Virus record (IMG/VR): IMGVR_UViG_3300046832_000271
Coordinates: 1 to 43,861 of that record
Strand: one strand, 5' to 3'
Origin: a virus
Taxonomy: Duplodnaviria > Caudoviricetes
Length of the DNA stretch: 43,861 bases
This document shows, piece after piece, positions 9,261 through 17,399 of this stretch. Numbering within the stretch: the stretch's first letter is position 1; the number at the start of each line of letters is the position of its first letter. The translations under genes and the position numbers were made by a program. A model generated the notes under the pieces. That model saw only the letters and a program-made list of their open reading frames with translations, did no database searches and was not told the DNA's origin.

Positions 9261-9770
9261 ACCAAGTTTTTACTCGGTTTTTACTCGGTTTTACCTCGTG
9301 TTCCCATGTTCTCACTTTTGTTCACATCCATGTTCTACTTTTTTTTAGCTAAGTGATTGATTTTACTCGTTTGTTCCCATGTTCTCACTTGGTAAACATA
9401 GGACATACAGGGTAAAACTTGGGAAGACTTGGTGAGGACGAGGGTCTTTTGCGCAGTGTAAATTTGAACCCCAATCACTATCGTCAAAGCGTGAGAACAT
9501 AGAACATTGCACAAAAAATAAGCACTATAATAATAATAATAAAAATATTTATTTATATATAACAAGGACTTATCTTTTTTTCTCCCTCTCATTTTCCATG
9601 TTCTCTGTCTCCATTCGTAAAGTTTACCAAGTAGAACATTGAGAACATCAATAGAATCAAGCACTTACGAGGGACTCAAAACCAAGTATAAAAAGGTAAG
9701 TCATTGTTTTAAAAGGGAAACCGAGTTTTAACCGAGTAGAACATAGTAGAAAGGAGGGTAAACCCAAGTA
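9261..9770. repeat. Iteron-like repeat array with IHF-consensus sites and AT-rich core; putative replication origin
   Basis: 19-bp direct repeat TGTTCCCATGTTCTCACTT (9299, 9372); many TGTTC/GAACA and ACT(C/T)GG/CC(G/A)AGT copies; WATCAANNNNTTR matches at 9350-9362(-) and 9655-9667(+). Confidence 0.6.
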
Positions 9771-9871
9771 AAAGAGTAGGGTATTTGGTAGGGACGGAGT
9801 AAAAAAGCGTTATGTAAAATCAAACAGGGTCGTATCATTGCCCGACCTACAAAACCCCCTATAATATAATT

Positions 9872-9911
9872 AGTAAATACTACTTGACATAAAGTATAGT
9901 TTAGGTATGAT
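9872..9911 (+). promoter_or_regulatory. Sigma70-type early promoter P2
   Basis: TTGACA 9884-9889, 16-nt spacer, TATGAT 9906-9911; AGGAGG RBS downstream. Confidence 0.65.
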
Positions 9912-9949
9912 TAATGACAGGCAGTATATTTCATTAACTAGGAGGCAAT

Positions 9950-10402
9950 ATGGAAAAGCAAACAAAAATGTTAAGACCTTATAAATGGTCATCGTGGGAT
10001 TGTGAGATATGGGAAAAGGATAACAAAAAGATATATGTATTCGGCGAACAGAAGTGGGCAGATATCGAGGTGACAGGAAACTATACCCTTGTCCCACTTC
10101 AACAACACGAAGACTTTGAATGGGTAGATATCGCTAGTTTTTCTATGAACCCTAAAGAAGACGAGGACTTATTGTATGTAATTGTAGGGGATAGTTGTAC
10201 TTACGAGGCATCAGATGTAAACGAGAGCATAGACTTTAGAGGCCACACCGAGTTAGAAACAGAGTATGACGAGCAAGCTAAAAAGTTTGAAAAGGAAAAC
10301 GAATACTATCCGAACCCAAACGAAGTATTAGACGCACTCGGATATGAAAGTGTCACAGGGTATCACATCATTAAACTTCAACAACGCAAACTAGGGGAAT
10401 AA
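9950..10402 (+). CDS. Acidic early hypothetical protein
   Basis: 150 aa, AGGAGG RBS. Confidence 0.8.
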   Translation: MEKQTKMLRPYKWSSWDCEIWEKDNKKIYVFGEQKWADIEVTGNYTLVPLQQHEDFEWVDIASFSMNPKEDEDLLYVIVGDSCTYEASDVNESIDFRGHTELETEYDEQAKKFEKENEYYPNPNEVLDALGYESVTGYHIIKLQQRKLGE

Positions 10403-10403
10403 C

Positions 10404-10589
10404 ATGGTTCGAGTATTTTTAGCAAAGGGATACAATTCTTACACCAATAAACAATTAACGAGGGCTTTTTTAGTGCCTACTGATGCAGAGCAATTTTTAC
10501 AGGGACTTACTGACCCAAAGTTTAAAACGCTAACCGCGAAAAGCTATATAGATTTAATTAATGATGTTCTAAAAGGGGAGGCCAAATGA
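10404..10589 (+). CDS. Hypothetical protein
   Basis: 61 aa, tight operon packing. Confidence 0.7.
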   Translation: MVRVFLAKGYNSYTNKQLTRAFLVPTDAEQFLQGLTDPKFKTLTAKSYIDLINDVLKGEAK

Positions 10590-10786
10590 AAAGCTATGAG
10601 ATAAGAGGGTCAATAGGCAAAGGATTTATTTTCAGAGTTAAAGCAGAAAATGAGGAAGAAGCCTACAAAGAATTAGAAGACACAATATCAAATGGGAATC
10701 AAGAAGAGCAAATAGTTTATTTTGATGACTATGACATGGTGTGCGAGTATGAAATTAACGAAGAAGAAAATGAGGTTGCATCATGA
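10586..10786 (+). CDS. Acidic hypothetical protein (VxAxxEEEA motif)
   Basis: 66 aa, GGAGG RBS, ATGA overlap. Confidence 0.75.
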   Translation: MKSYEIRGSIGKGFIFRVKAENEEEAYKELEDTISNGNQEEQIVYFDDYDMVCEYEINEEENEVAS

Positions 10787-10998
10787 TAGTAGAAATCCAA
10801 CGCAATGAGAACGAGTTTATGACAATAGACCTATCCAAAGTAGATGACGAAGATATAGCAGAGGAAGCACGAGAAAGGGACTATGTAGTCATGGAAAGGC
10901 TACCTTTTACCACGTTATACGAGAAACACCGACGAGGTCAGAACATAGACGAGCAGTTAAGAGAGTTATTCATGGAATCAATAGGGAGGATAGTATGA
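10783..10998 (+). CDS. Hypothetical protein
   Basis: 71 aa, ATGA overlap, GAGG RBS. Confidence 0.7.
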   Translation: MIVEIQRNENEFMTIDLSKVDDEDIAEEARERDYVVMERLPFTTLYEKHRRGQNIDEQLRELFMESIGRIV

Positions 10999-11210
10999 AC
11001 TTATTTAACGAAATAGAACGAGTGACCTACGAGATATATAAGGGACATCAAGGTAAAGGCGATATGACCCATGATGAAATCAAAGTAGAGGCATTGAAGC
11101 GAGGCTATACATTTTCAGACGAGGATTGCATCGAACTCATCAAGGGTTCATACATAGGTGAAAAGGTAGAAGACGCAGTTGATGATTATTTAAGAGCATA
11201 CGAGGCATAA
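10995..11210 (+). CDS. Hypothetical protein
   Basis: 71 aa, GGAGG RBS, ATGA overlap. Confidence 0.7.
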   Translation: MNLFNEIERVTYEIYKGHQGKGDMTHDEIKVEALKRGYTFSDEDCIELIKGSYIGEKVEDAVDDYLRAYEA

Positions 11211-11220
11211 GGGGAAAAAC

Positions 11221-11454
11221 ATGAAACTAATTAACGGCACAGAAATGATAGACAATTCACCAAATGAAAAAGCGGGGGAGTTGGCAGAGGCGATCTATGA
11301 CGACGTATTATTTATTTTAGACATAGAACATAAGTGTATCGTCGATGACGAGGACGGCAACACAACCAACACAGAGTATGGACAAGACTTATTTAATGGT
11401 ATCTATGAACAATGTATGGCTTATTTTGAAAGGGAATCACATGAAAAAGTTTAA
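11221..11454 (+). CDS. Acidic hypothetical protein
   Basis: 77 aa, AAGGGG RBS. Confidence 0.7.
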   Translation: MKLINGTEMIDNSPNEKAGELAEAIYDDVLFILDIEHKCIVDDEDGNTTNTEYGQDLFNGIYEQCMAYFERESHEKV

Positions 11455-11614
11455 AGTGACGGCAATGGAAACAATATTTTATGAAAAGATAGTAGAGGCA
11501 GAGAACAAAGATGAAGCATATAACACTTTTGTTGAAACGGCCTGTGAGGAAGATGTAATAGACTCAGCTAATTTTGAGGTAGATGGCATAGACGAGGTGA
11601 TTGACGATGAGTAA
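11441..11614 (+). CDS. Acidic hypothetical protein (VxAxxxDEA motif)
   Basis: Likely start MKKFKV at 11441 (AGGGA RBS) rather than track start 11345. Confidence 0.7.
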   Translation: MKKFKVTAMETIFYEKIVEAENKDEAYNTFVETACEEDVIDSANFEVDGIDEVIDDE

Positions 11615-11804
11615 ATTATATGGCGATGGTTATGCAGTTGTCACATGGAGGGCAGAAGATGTTCAAGCAATAAAAAAGGATTGGTCGCTACCAAGATGTG
11701 AAGAGTGGCTAGAGGATAACGAAGACAACATGAAAGACCGATTAACAGAGTTGGGTTGGGAAGTATTAGACGCATTACTAATGATGGAGGACGACGATGA
11801 GTGA
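11601..11804 (+). CDS. Hypothetical protein
   Basis: GAGGTG RBS; VTW..EDV and GWEVL motifs; start may be ATG 11607. Confidence 0.7.
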   Translation: MTMSKLYGDGYAVVTWRAEDVQAIKKDWSLPRCEEWLEDNEDNMKDRLTELGWEVLDALLMMEDDDE

Positions 11805-11955
11805 TATAAAAAGAATAGTGTCATGGAAGCTAGTAATGGACATCGAATGGGAAGATGGTAAAAAAGAAGAGATAGATTTTCCCGAACACCTAGCACAATA
11901 TGTAGATGACTACCTAACAGAGATAGAAGAAGAACGAGCAGAGGAGGAAGACTAA
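11797..11955 (+). CDS. Small acidic hypothetical protein (52 aa, not in ORF track)
   Basis: MSDIKRIVSWKLVMDIEWEDG...; GGAGG RBS; fills the gap exactly. Confidence 0.65.
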   Translation: MSDIKRIVSWKLVMDIEWEDGKKEEIDFPEHLAQYVDDYLTEIEEERAEEED

Positions 11956-12252
11956 ATGCAATTTTTAAAAGAAAAGGACATAGATAAGTTTGCAAAGTAT
12001 GTAGCTAAAAATGTAGGGCAAGGATTTTTTGGGCACCATGATTTCGAAGTAGATAGAGCAGATGTAGAGGAGTATGAAACAGAGGCAGATGATAAGGAAG
12101 AGGGTGATGAGTCATTACTTACTTCAATTTCAATCGACTTCGCTATAACTAATAACGAATACGATGAAGATGGTTGGATTAAAGTATCAAGAGGTTGTTT
12201 AAAAACTTTTTATCAAGAAGACTTTGAGAGATTTTATAAGGGGGCAATATGA
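11956..12252 (+). CDS. Acidic hypothetical protein
   Basis: 98 aa, GGAGG RBS. Confidence 0.7.
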   Translation: MQFLKEKDIDKFAKYVAKNVGQGFFGHHDFEVDRADVEEYETEADDKEEGDESLLTSISIDFAITNNEYDEDGWIKVSRGCLKTFYQEDFERFYKGAI

Positions 12253-12419
12253 ATAAAAGAGCATTTCAAATATATGAAAATGTAATAAATGCTTTACAAG
12301 ACGCTGATGAGATTGAGGGACTTGAGGGCAAAGACTACCTTAACCTTATGGAAGCTATTCGATTTGCAGTAGTTAAACGCTATAACAATTGTGCAGACAA
12401 CATGGAGGTAAATGTATGA
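12249..12419 (+). CDS. Small hypothetical protein (56 aa, not in ORF track)
   Basis: MNKRAFQIYENVINALQDADEIEG...; ATGA overlaps on both sides. Confidence 0.65.
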   Translation: MNKRAFQIYENVINALQDADEIEGLEGKDYLNLMEAIRFAVVKRYNNCADNMEVNV

Positions 12420-12682
12420 GTGAAGACTTTGATGATTTAGATGACGGCATAACTTATTGTGTTTATTGCTACGATGAAGTACCCGATTGGAAAGGCAGTT
12501 GTTGTGGGGAAAACCATTTTAGTACGGGGTTTGAACTTAAAAAACATTTCCAAGAATGCGACGAAATAGATAGACAAATGGTAAGGGCATCGGGTAAAGT
12601 ATATGACCCACCTATGAGTGATACAGAGCAATACTTATTAAACAAAGAAAGAGAAGAGGAACATAAGAGTTATGACTACTAA
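12416..12682 (+). CDS. Putative zinc-binding protein
   Basis: Start MSEDF (GGAGG RBS); CVYC...CCGENHF cysteine motif. Confidence 0.65.
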   Translation: MSEDFDDLDDGITYCVYCYDEVPDWKGSCCGENHFSTGFELKKHFQECDEIDRQMVRASGKVYDPPMSDTEQYLLNKEREEEHKSYDY

Positions 12683-12836
12683 AAAAGAAAAGCAATACAT
12701 AGTAGAGCAAGTAGTAGTGACAGGGTATGTCATACATGGTAATGGTAGGAAGACACCATTTTCATTTAACAAGAACGATTTAAAGCCCGAAGATTTAGAA
12801 GGTATCTTTAACGGAGTAAGGAGAATATTTAAATGA
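12672..12836 (+). CDS. Small hypothetical protein (54 aa, not in ORF track)
   Basis: MTTKKEKQYIVEQVVVTGYV...; ATGA coupling to next ORF. Confidence 0.6.
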   Translation: MTTKKEKQYIVEQVVVTGYVIHGNGRKTPFSFNKNDLKPEDLEGIFNGVRRIFK

Positions 12837-13000
12837 GTATTGATATGAGAGTGCCAAGTGTTAATGAGATGAGAACTTTTGTGGACGAGTATTTAAGAAG
12901 TAGATATCCGAGGTCTAAATTTGATAACGAAGTATTTGACGATGAAACGATACAAGAAATGTTTACCGAAGTTAATAGCAAATATATAGGAGGAGTTTAA
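12833..13000 (+). CDS. Small hypothetical protein (55 aa, not in ORF track)
   Basis: MSIDMRVPSVNEMR...; AAGGAG RBS. Confidence 0.6.
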   Translation: MSIDMRVPSVNEMRTFVDEYLRSRYPRSKFDNEVFDDETIQEMFTEVNSKYIGGV

Positions 13001-13174
13001 ATGGCAACGACTAAAATTATAGAAGAAGTGCAAAAGGGAATGGCAGAACGATATGACAAAGAGTTTAACGAGATTAGATACTTTGTCGATGAGGCATACG
13101 AACTAGGATTAGCAGAGGGTAGAGCAAAGGCAAAAGCTGAAATCATTAATCTTATACAAGGAGAAAAAGAATGA
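13001..13174 (+). CDS. Small hypothetical protein (57 aa, not in ORF track)
   Basis: MATTKIIEEVQKG...AYELGLAEG; AGGAGG RBS. Confidence 0.65.
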   Translation: MATTKIIEEVQKGMAERYDKEFNEIRYFVDEAYELGLAEGRAKAKAEIINLIQGEKE

Positions 13175-13350
13175 AAACAAAATCAATATTCAGAACACCG
13201 AACTCAACAAGCTATAAAAATTATGAAAGGGAAGTTTATATGAGTGAGTATGTGACGATACCAAAAGCTAGGCTTCGCCGTTTAATTATTACAGAAGTTG
13301 TAGCATGGGGTATCAGTGCTTTTATATTACTAGTGTCTTTAATTAGATAG
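13171..13350 (+). CDS. Small membrane protein (59 aa, not in ORF track)
   Basis: AAGGAG RBS; C-terminal hydrophobic segment VVAWGISAFILLVSLI. Confidence 0.6.
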   Translation: MKTKSIFRTPNSTSYKNYEREVYMSEYVTIPKARLRRLIITEVVAWGISAFILLVSLIR

Positions 13351-13359
13351 GGGAACGAC

Positions 13360-13578
13360 ATGGCATTTATTAAGAATGACAAGGAAGCGTTGACCCATGC
13401 TTTGATACTAGGTATCACCGCGCCTAACGACAAGCTACAAGAGGTGATGGAGATAGCCCAAGTGATAGCCGATAAACTAAGTGATGAAGAGATAGAACAA
13501 TGTAAGAAAGAAGCAATCGCTTGGATCGATGAGCAAGAAATGAAGAAGCGTGACGAAGAAGAATCAACAATACATTAG
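13360..13578 (+). CDS. Hypothetical protein
   Basis: 72 aa; ALILGITAP motif; ends STIH. Confidence 0.7.
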   Translation: MAFIKNDKEALTHALILGITAPNDKLQEVMEIAQVIADKLSDEEIEQCKKEAIAWIDEQEMKKRDEEESTIH

Positions 13579-13587
13579 GAGAAAAAC

Positions 13588-13869
13588 ATGACCAAGTTTA
13601 GCGTAGTAATAGAAGTAAGTATGGCAGATGATTACAAAGAGATGGTAGGTAAGTGGGGTGTAGAACCAAGTGACCATGTGGCTACCATATTGTCCGAGAC
13701 CGCACGAGAGAAGGGTCTTGTTGTCAAGGCATCGGTACTAGAAGTGGAACATAGTCTATTCGACCGACAAAAGAAATACGCAGACCACTTAATCCAAGCA
13801 GATGCATACAATGATTTAGAAAATGAGATCATTAGCCGTGCCTGTGTAGGTGGAGTGTGTGAAGACTAA
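13588..13869 (+). CDS. Hypothetical protein with C-terminal CxGGxC
   Basis: 93 aa, AGGAG RBS; ends ACVGGVCED. Confidence 0.7.
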   Translation: MTKFSVVIEVSMADDYKEMVGKWGVEPSDHVATILSETAREKGLVVKASVLEVEHSLFDRQKKYADHLIQADAYNDLENEIISRACVGGVCED

Positions 13870-13870
13870 T

Positions 13871-14023
13871 ATGGATAGAACATTAGAAGACGTCATACAA
13901 GAACAATCATTGTTCGAAGATAGCGCGTTGGAAGACGCATGTGCATACGCACGCATGATAAACAAAGGATCAGAACGATTTAAACTAAAGGAGAAACAAG
14001 ATGGAACAGATAAGCGTGATTGA
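13871..14023 (+). CDS. Small hypothetical protein (50 aa, not in ORF track)
   Basis: MDRTLEDVIQEQSLFED...; fills gap, overlaps next gene. Confidence 0.5.
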   Translation: MDRTLEDVIQEQSLFEDSALEDACAYARMINKGSERFKLKEKQDGTDKRD

Positions 14024-14273
14024 ACATAGCAATGCAGAACTAAGAGAACATTGGGGTAACCTTGCGAGTAATTTTCTTGTAGGTAAAACTATAAGACGCG
14101 TTAGATATTTGGATGATCGTGAAAGGGAAGACATAGGATGGGATAAATCAGGACTTGTGATTGAGTTTACCGACGGCCATTGGATAATTGCTATGCGTGA
14201 CGATGAAGGTAATGAGGCCGGTAGTATATGGACTTCAAGCCAGTCTAAAATCAACGTGATACCTACGATATAA
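14001..14273 (+). CDS. Conserved phage hypothetical protein
   Basis: LVGKTI..VRY and DDEGNEAG motifs; AAGGAG RBS. Confidence 0.75.
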   Translation: MEQISVIEHSNAELREHWGNLASNFLVGKTIRRVRYLDDREREDIGWDKSGLVIEFTDGHWIIAMRDDEGNEAGSIWTSSQSKINVIPTI

Positions 14274-14274
14274 A

Positions 14275-15234
14275 ATGGATATCTTAAAACGCGAGAGCGG
14301 GAAACGATGGTTAGCCGTGCCATTGTATTGCTGGATTAAAGAAGTTGGATCAATCAACAATCTAGAACCTACATCTTACATGCGAGATAAACCTACAGGT
14401 TGTTCTATTGTGGACGATGTGTTAGAAAGATTCTTTAGGATTCACAAAGTAAAAGTAAAGTCTGCTAAATTTATAGACATCGTAGATCGATGCATTACGC
14501 AATATCGCACGGACTATAAGTTTATAAGAGATGATATAAAAACGCTGATTAGAAACAGACAAGAATATAATGGTTATGCGTTTGTGACTAAGCACGAAGA
14601 AGGTTATAACATCATCACGGCAAAGCAAACAAAGAGACGTAAGAAGCAAGACCGTGAACGACTCATAAGAATAGAGCGATCAATCAGACAGGAAACTGAG
14701 AATCAAGATATAGAGAGACAGTTGTTTAAAGATTTGATTACGCTTGATGAACTTATAATAAAACTAAAAGGATTCTTTACTAAGCGGGACATATTGTATT
14801 TTGCTAAGAATAAATATATGCCATACCATGAAATAGGCGGGTCGCAAGTAGGGTATCGATACAAAGAAGTTATAAGTTGGATTATAAAAAATGCATCAAG
14901 ATATTCTTCTGTGGGAGTCGATGTGCATCCATCGATTATTAGATTTAGAAGTAGGGTTAGAAAAGAAGCTAAGCATTTAATTCCTGATTCATTAAAAGAT
15001 ATAATTAATCTGACCCCCATGGAAATAGGTTATCCGTCAGGTGTTTACTTTTTATGTCAGGATGAAAAGGTAGTGTATGTAGGACAGAGCGTTAAGCCAT
15101 CATCGCGCATACCACATCACTACAAAGATAAGAAGTTTAACAGAGTATTCTTATTACCTGTACCGGAACAAAAACTATTACAAGTAGAACATAAATACAT
15201 TAGAGAGTTTGAACCTTTATACAATAAAACATAA
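14275..15234 (+). CDS. GIY-YIG nuclease-domain protein with possible central HTH
   Basis: C-terminal GVYFL...VYVGQS...R..HH...E..YI..F.PLYN. Confidence 0.75.
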   Translation: MDILKRESGKRWLAVPLYCWIKEVGSINNLEPTSYMRDKPTGCSIVDDVLERFFRIHKVKVKSAKFIDIVDRCITQYRTDYKFIRDDIKTLIRNRQEYNGYAFVTKHEEGYNIITAKQTKRRKKQDRERLIRIERSIRQETENQDIERQLFKDLITLDELIIKLKGFFTKRDILYFAKNKYMPYHEIGGSQVGYRYKEVISWIIKNASRYSSVGVDVHPSIIRFRSRVRKEAKHLIPDSLKDIINLTPMEIGYPSGVYFLCQDEKVVYVGQSVKPSSRIPHHYKDKKFNRVFLLPVPEQKLLQVEHKYIREFEPLYNKT

Positions 15235-15243
15235 GGAAAGAGA

Positions 15244-15531
15244 ATGACACCCGAAGGTAAAGTAAAGAAGCAAGTCAAGAAGATATTAGATGATCTTGGT
15301 GCATACCATTTCTCACCTATGAGTGCGGGTTATGGTAGGAGTGGAGTGCCAGATATCATCGCGTGTTACAAAGGATGCTTCATTGGTATCGAATGTAAGG
15401 CCGGAAACAATGAACCCACGTTGTTGCAAAAACACAACATGAAACAGATCATTGCTCAGAAAGGCTTGGCAATCGTGGTAAATGAAGGTAATATAGAGGA
15501 ACTATTAGCCATGCTAAAGGAGTTAGAATGA
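15244..15531 (+). CDS. VRR-NUC family nuclease (Holliday junction resolvase-like)
   Basis: TPEGKVK...GVPDII...FIGIECKA...LQ motif. Confidence 0.85.
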   Translation: MTPEGKVKKQVKKILDDLGAYHFSPMSAGYGRSGVPDIIACYKGCFIGIECKAGNNEPTLLQKHNMKQIIAQKGLAIVVNEGNIEELLAMLKELE

Positions 15532-15803
15532 CCAGAATGAAGAAAATTCTATCAAGCTACACAGGAAGTAAAGCAGTAAAAGACAATGTGAATCACCCGT
15601 CACATTACACACAAGGCGCAATCGAATGCATTGACGCTATCAAAGAGGCCGTTAAAGGACTATTAGGTATTGAAGCGGTATGCACTGCTAACATTATCAA
15701 ATACGTTTGGCGATGGAAATTTAAAAACGGAGTCGAGGACTTGCATAAGGCAAGGTGGTATCTCGATCGCCTAATCGATGAAGTATCTAATCCAAAGAAC
15801 TGA
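15528..15803 (+). CDS. DUF3310 (SaV / T7 gp1.7-like) protein
   Basis: DNVNHPSHY..G.IECIDAI...NIIKY.WR...KNG.EDL.KA.WYL signature. Confidence 0.85.
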   Translation: MTRMKKILSSYTGSKAVKDNVNHPSHYTQGAIECIDAIKEAVKGLLGIEAVCTANIIKYVWRWKFKNGVEDLHKARWYLDRLIDEVSNPKN

Positions 15804-15832
15804 TACCTGTTCCTAAAGAATAAGGAGTATAT

Positions 15833-16219
15833 ATGCTAGATCAAGCATTGTTATGCCTCGCCACGACCATTTACATGGAGTCGGCTCAAGAACCAAAACA
15901 AGCTCAAATTGCAGTAGGGTATGTGTTAATGCGAAGAGCTGAGTTTGAACACAAGAATGTATGTTATCAAATGAAACGCCCCTATCAATTTAGTTGGTAT
16001 GGAGTAGTTAAACCGCCGTCGGTGATCCGACAGGAATATAAAGATATAGCATACAAAGTATTACATAGATTAGAAGTAGATTATAGTTACGGAGCAACCC
16101 ATTTTCATGACACAACCATTACAAAACCAAAGTCATGGACAGGATTACAACCTGTAGTAAAATGGTCAAACCTAATATTTTATAAACAAGGCGGAAGTAA
16201 ATATGCAAGAAACCCTTAA
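15833..16219 (+). CDS. Cell wall hydrolase, SleB/Hydrolase_2 family
   Basis: CLA..IY.ES catalytic Glu motif, QFSW, GATHFH, H/L-IFY. Confidence 0.85.
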   Translation: MLDQALLCLATTIYMESAQEPKQAQIAVGYVLMRRAEFEHKNVCYQMKRPYQFSWYGVVKPPSVIRQEYKDIAYKVLHRLEVDYSYGATHFHDTTITKPKSWTGLQPVVKWSNLIFYKQGGSKYARNP

Positions 16220-16454
16220 ACAACCATACGCATGGTCAACAGAAGAATTCAATATCAATGGTGATTTAGTATGGTCATCGATAACACAATTTCGCCCCAA
16301 AGAACTATCGTGGATACGAGACTTGCCTAATAAGAAACATTACATTACGATCACCCCTCTCTACAAAGATGAATCGAAAGCAGAGAAAATAACAGGCATT
16401 AAGAGTTATAAGGAATCCACACAAAAAATGATGGAGGCATACAATGGACTCTAA
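16203..16454 (+). CDS. Hypothetical protein
   Basis: 83 aa, PYAW...ITPLY motif, overlapping operon packing. Confidence 0.65.
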   Translation: MQETLKQPYAWSTEEFNINGDLVWSSITQFRPKELSWIRDLPNKKHYITITPLYKDESKAEKITGIKSYKESTQKMMEAYNGL

Positions 16455-16653
16455 TAAATATGAAGGCACAGGGTATATCATAGTAGGACTTATTGTAGGA
16501 TGTTGTATCACTTGGGGAATTATGAAGTATAATAATACACAGACTAAATATAAGACGGGTCTTAAATGCATACAAGGTGAACTCTATGAAGAGGTTAGAA
16601 CTAATATGTTTGTGAAGTCGCACTTAGAATGTTTTGAACAAAGGAGTTTTTGA
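16444..16653 (+). CDS. Small membrane protein
   Basis: N-terminal hydrophobic segment; GGAGG RBS. Confidence 0.65.
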   Translation: MDSNKYEGTGYIIVGLIVGCCITWGIMKYNNTQTKYKTGLKCIQGELYEEVRTNMFVKSHLECFEQRSF

Positions 16654-16835
16654 TGGCAACACAACAGATACACAAAAGTAAACGACACGCTAACCCGCTT
16701 AAAACAAAGACGGGCAAAGATAGATTAAAAGCATTAGCATTAAAAGTATTATATGAGATGCTTGATAAGGTTCAAGAGCCGGGCAAGAAGCGTGCCAAGA
16801 TTGCTAAAGAGATTGCAAGACGAGAAGTAAAGTGA
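16650..16835 (+). CDS. Basic hypothetical protein
   Basis: AAGGAG RBS; Lys/Arg-rich. Confidence 0.65.
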   Translation: MMATQQIHKSKRHANPLKTKTGKDRLKALALKVLYEMLDKVQEPGKKRAKIAKEIARREVK

Positions 16836-16972
16836 TTGTATATCAAGTCAAAGGTTTATTTAGTTTAAGGAAGCGCGTCATTAAAATACGAGTATCAGAT
16901 AAGAACAAAAGATTTTATGACAACTTTCATAAACGCAGAGGACAAAACTATTGGTGGAAGAACGTAGAATGA
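16832..16972 (+). CDS. Small basic hypothetical protein (46 aa, not in ORF track)
   Basis: GTG start overlapping previous TGA; stop overlaps next ATG. Confidence 0.45.
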   Translation: MIVYQVKGLFSLRKRVIKIRVSDKNKRFYDNFHKRRGQNYWWKNVE

Positions 16973-17145
16973 TTCCGTTTAGTTACGCAGTAATAGATAG
17001 TGATGGCGAAGTTATACGTCAATACAGATGGTCAGCCAAAGAAGCTAAGTGGCACAAAGATCAAGGCAAGAACGTAGTCAAACTAGATAAACCGATTGAA
17101 GTTAAGGAAGACTTATTTAAATTAGTAGGGGAGTGTTTGTTTTAA
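16969..17145 (+). CDS. Hypothetical protein
   Basis: Likely start MIPFSY at 16969 (ATGA overlap). Confidence 0.6.
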   Translation: MIPFSYAVIDSDGEVIRQYRWSAKEAKWHKDQGKNVVKLDKPIEVKEDLFKLVGECLF

Positions 17146-17399
17146 TGATTAACAAAAAAACAGATGAACAACTGATCGAAGCAGTAAATCAATATATGGA
17201 AAAGTATCCAAACGCAACGCGTAATCATATTGTATTACATGCAACAGGAAGTGCTACAAGAGTAAGGGAACTAGCCAAACAAGGTTTAATTAAATTACCT
17301 AAAGCATTACCCAAAGGAGCAAATACAAATTGGAATGGATATTTTAAAAACACCTCAGAAACAAATTCATCAAGGAAAGGCATGAAGTATTCAGTGTGA
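17145..17399 (+). CDS. Hypothetical protein, possible HTH DNA-binding
   Basis: Start at TAATG overlap with GGGGAG RBS; RVRELAKQGLI wHTH-like. Confidence 0.6.
   Translation: MINKKTDEQLIEAVNQYMEKYPNATRNHIVLHATGSATRVRELAKQGLIKLPKALPKGANTNWNGYFKNTSETNSSRKGMKYSV

Noticed and set aside
8973-9664. Track ORFs 8973-9356(+) and 9335-9664(-)
   Set aside because: They cross a terminator and the repeat block, lack RBSs and have implausible composition
9261-9770. Possible CRISPR or mini-array
   Set aside because: Repeats are 5-19 bp, irregularly spaced and in both orientations, with no repeat-spacer periodicity
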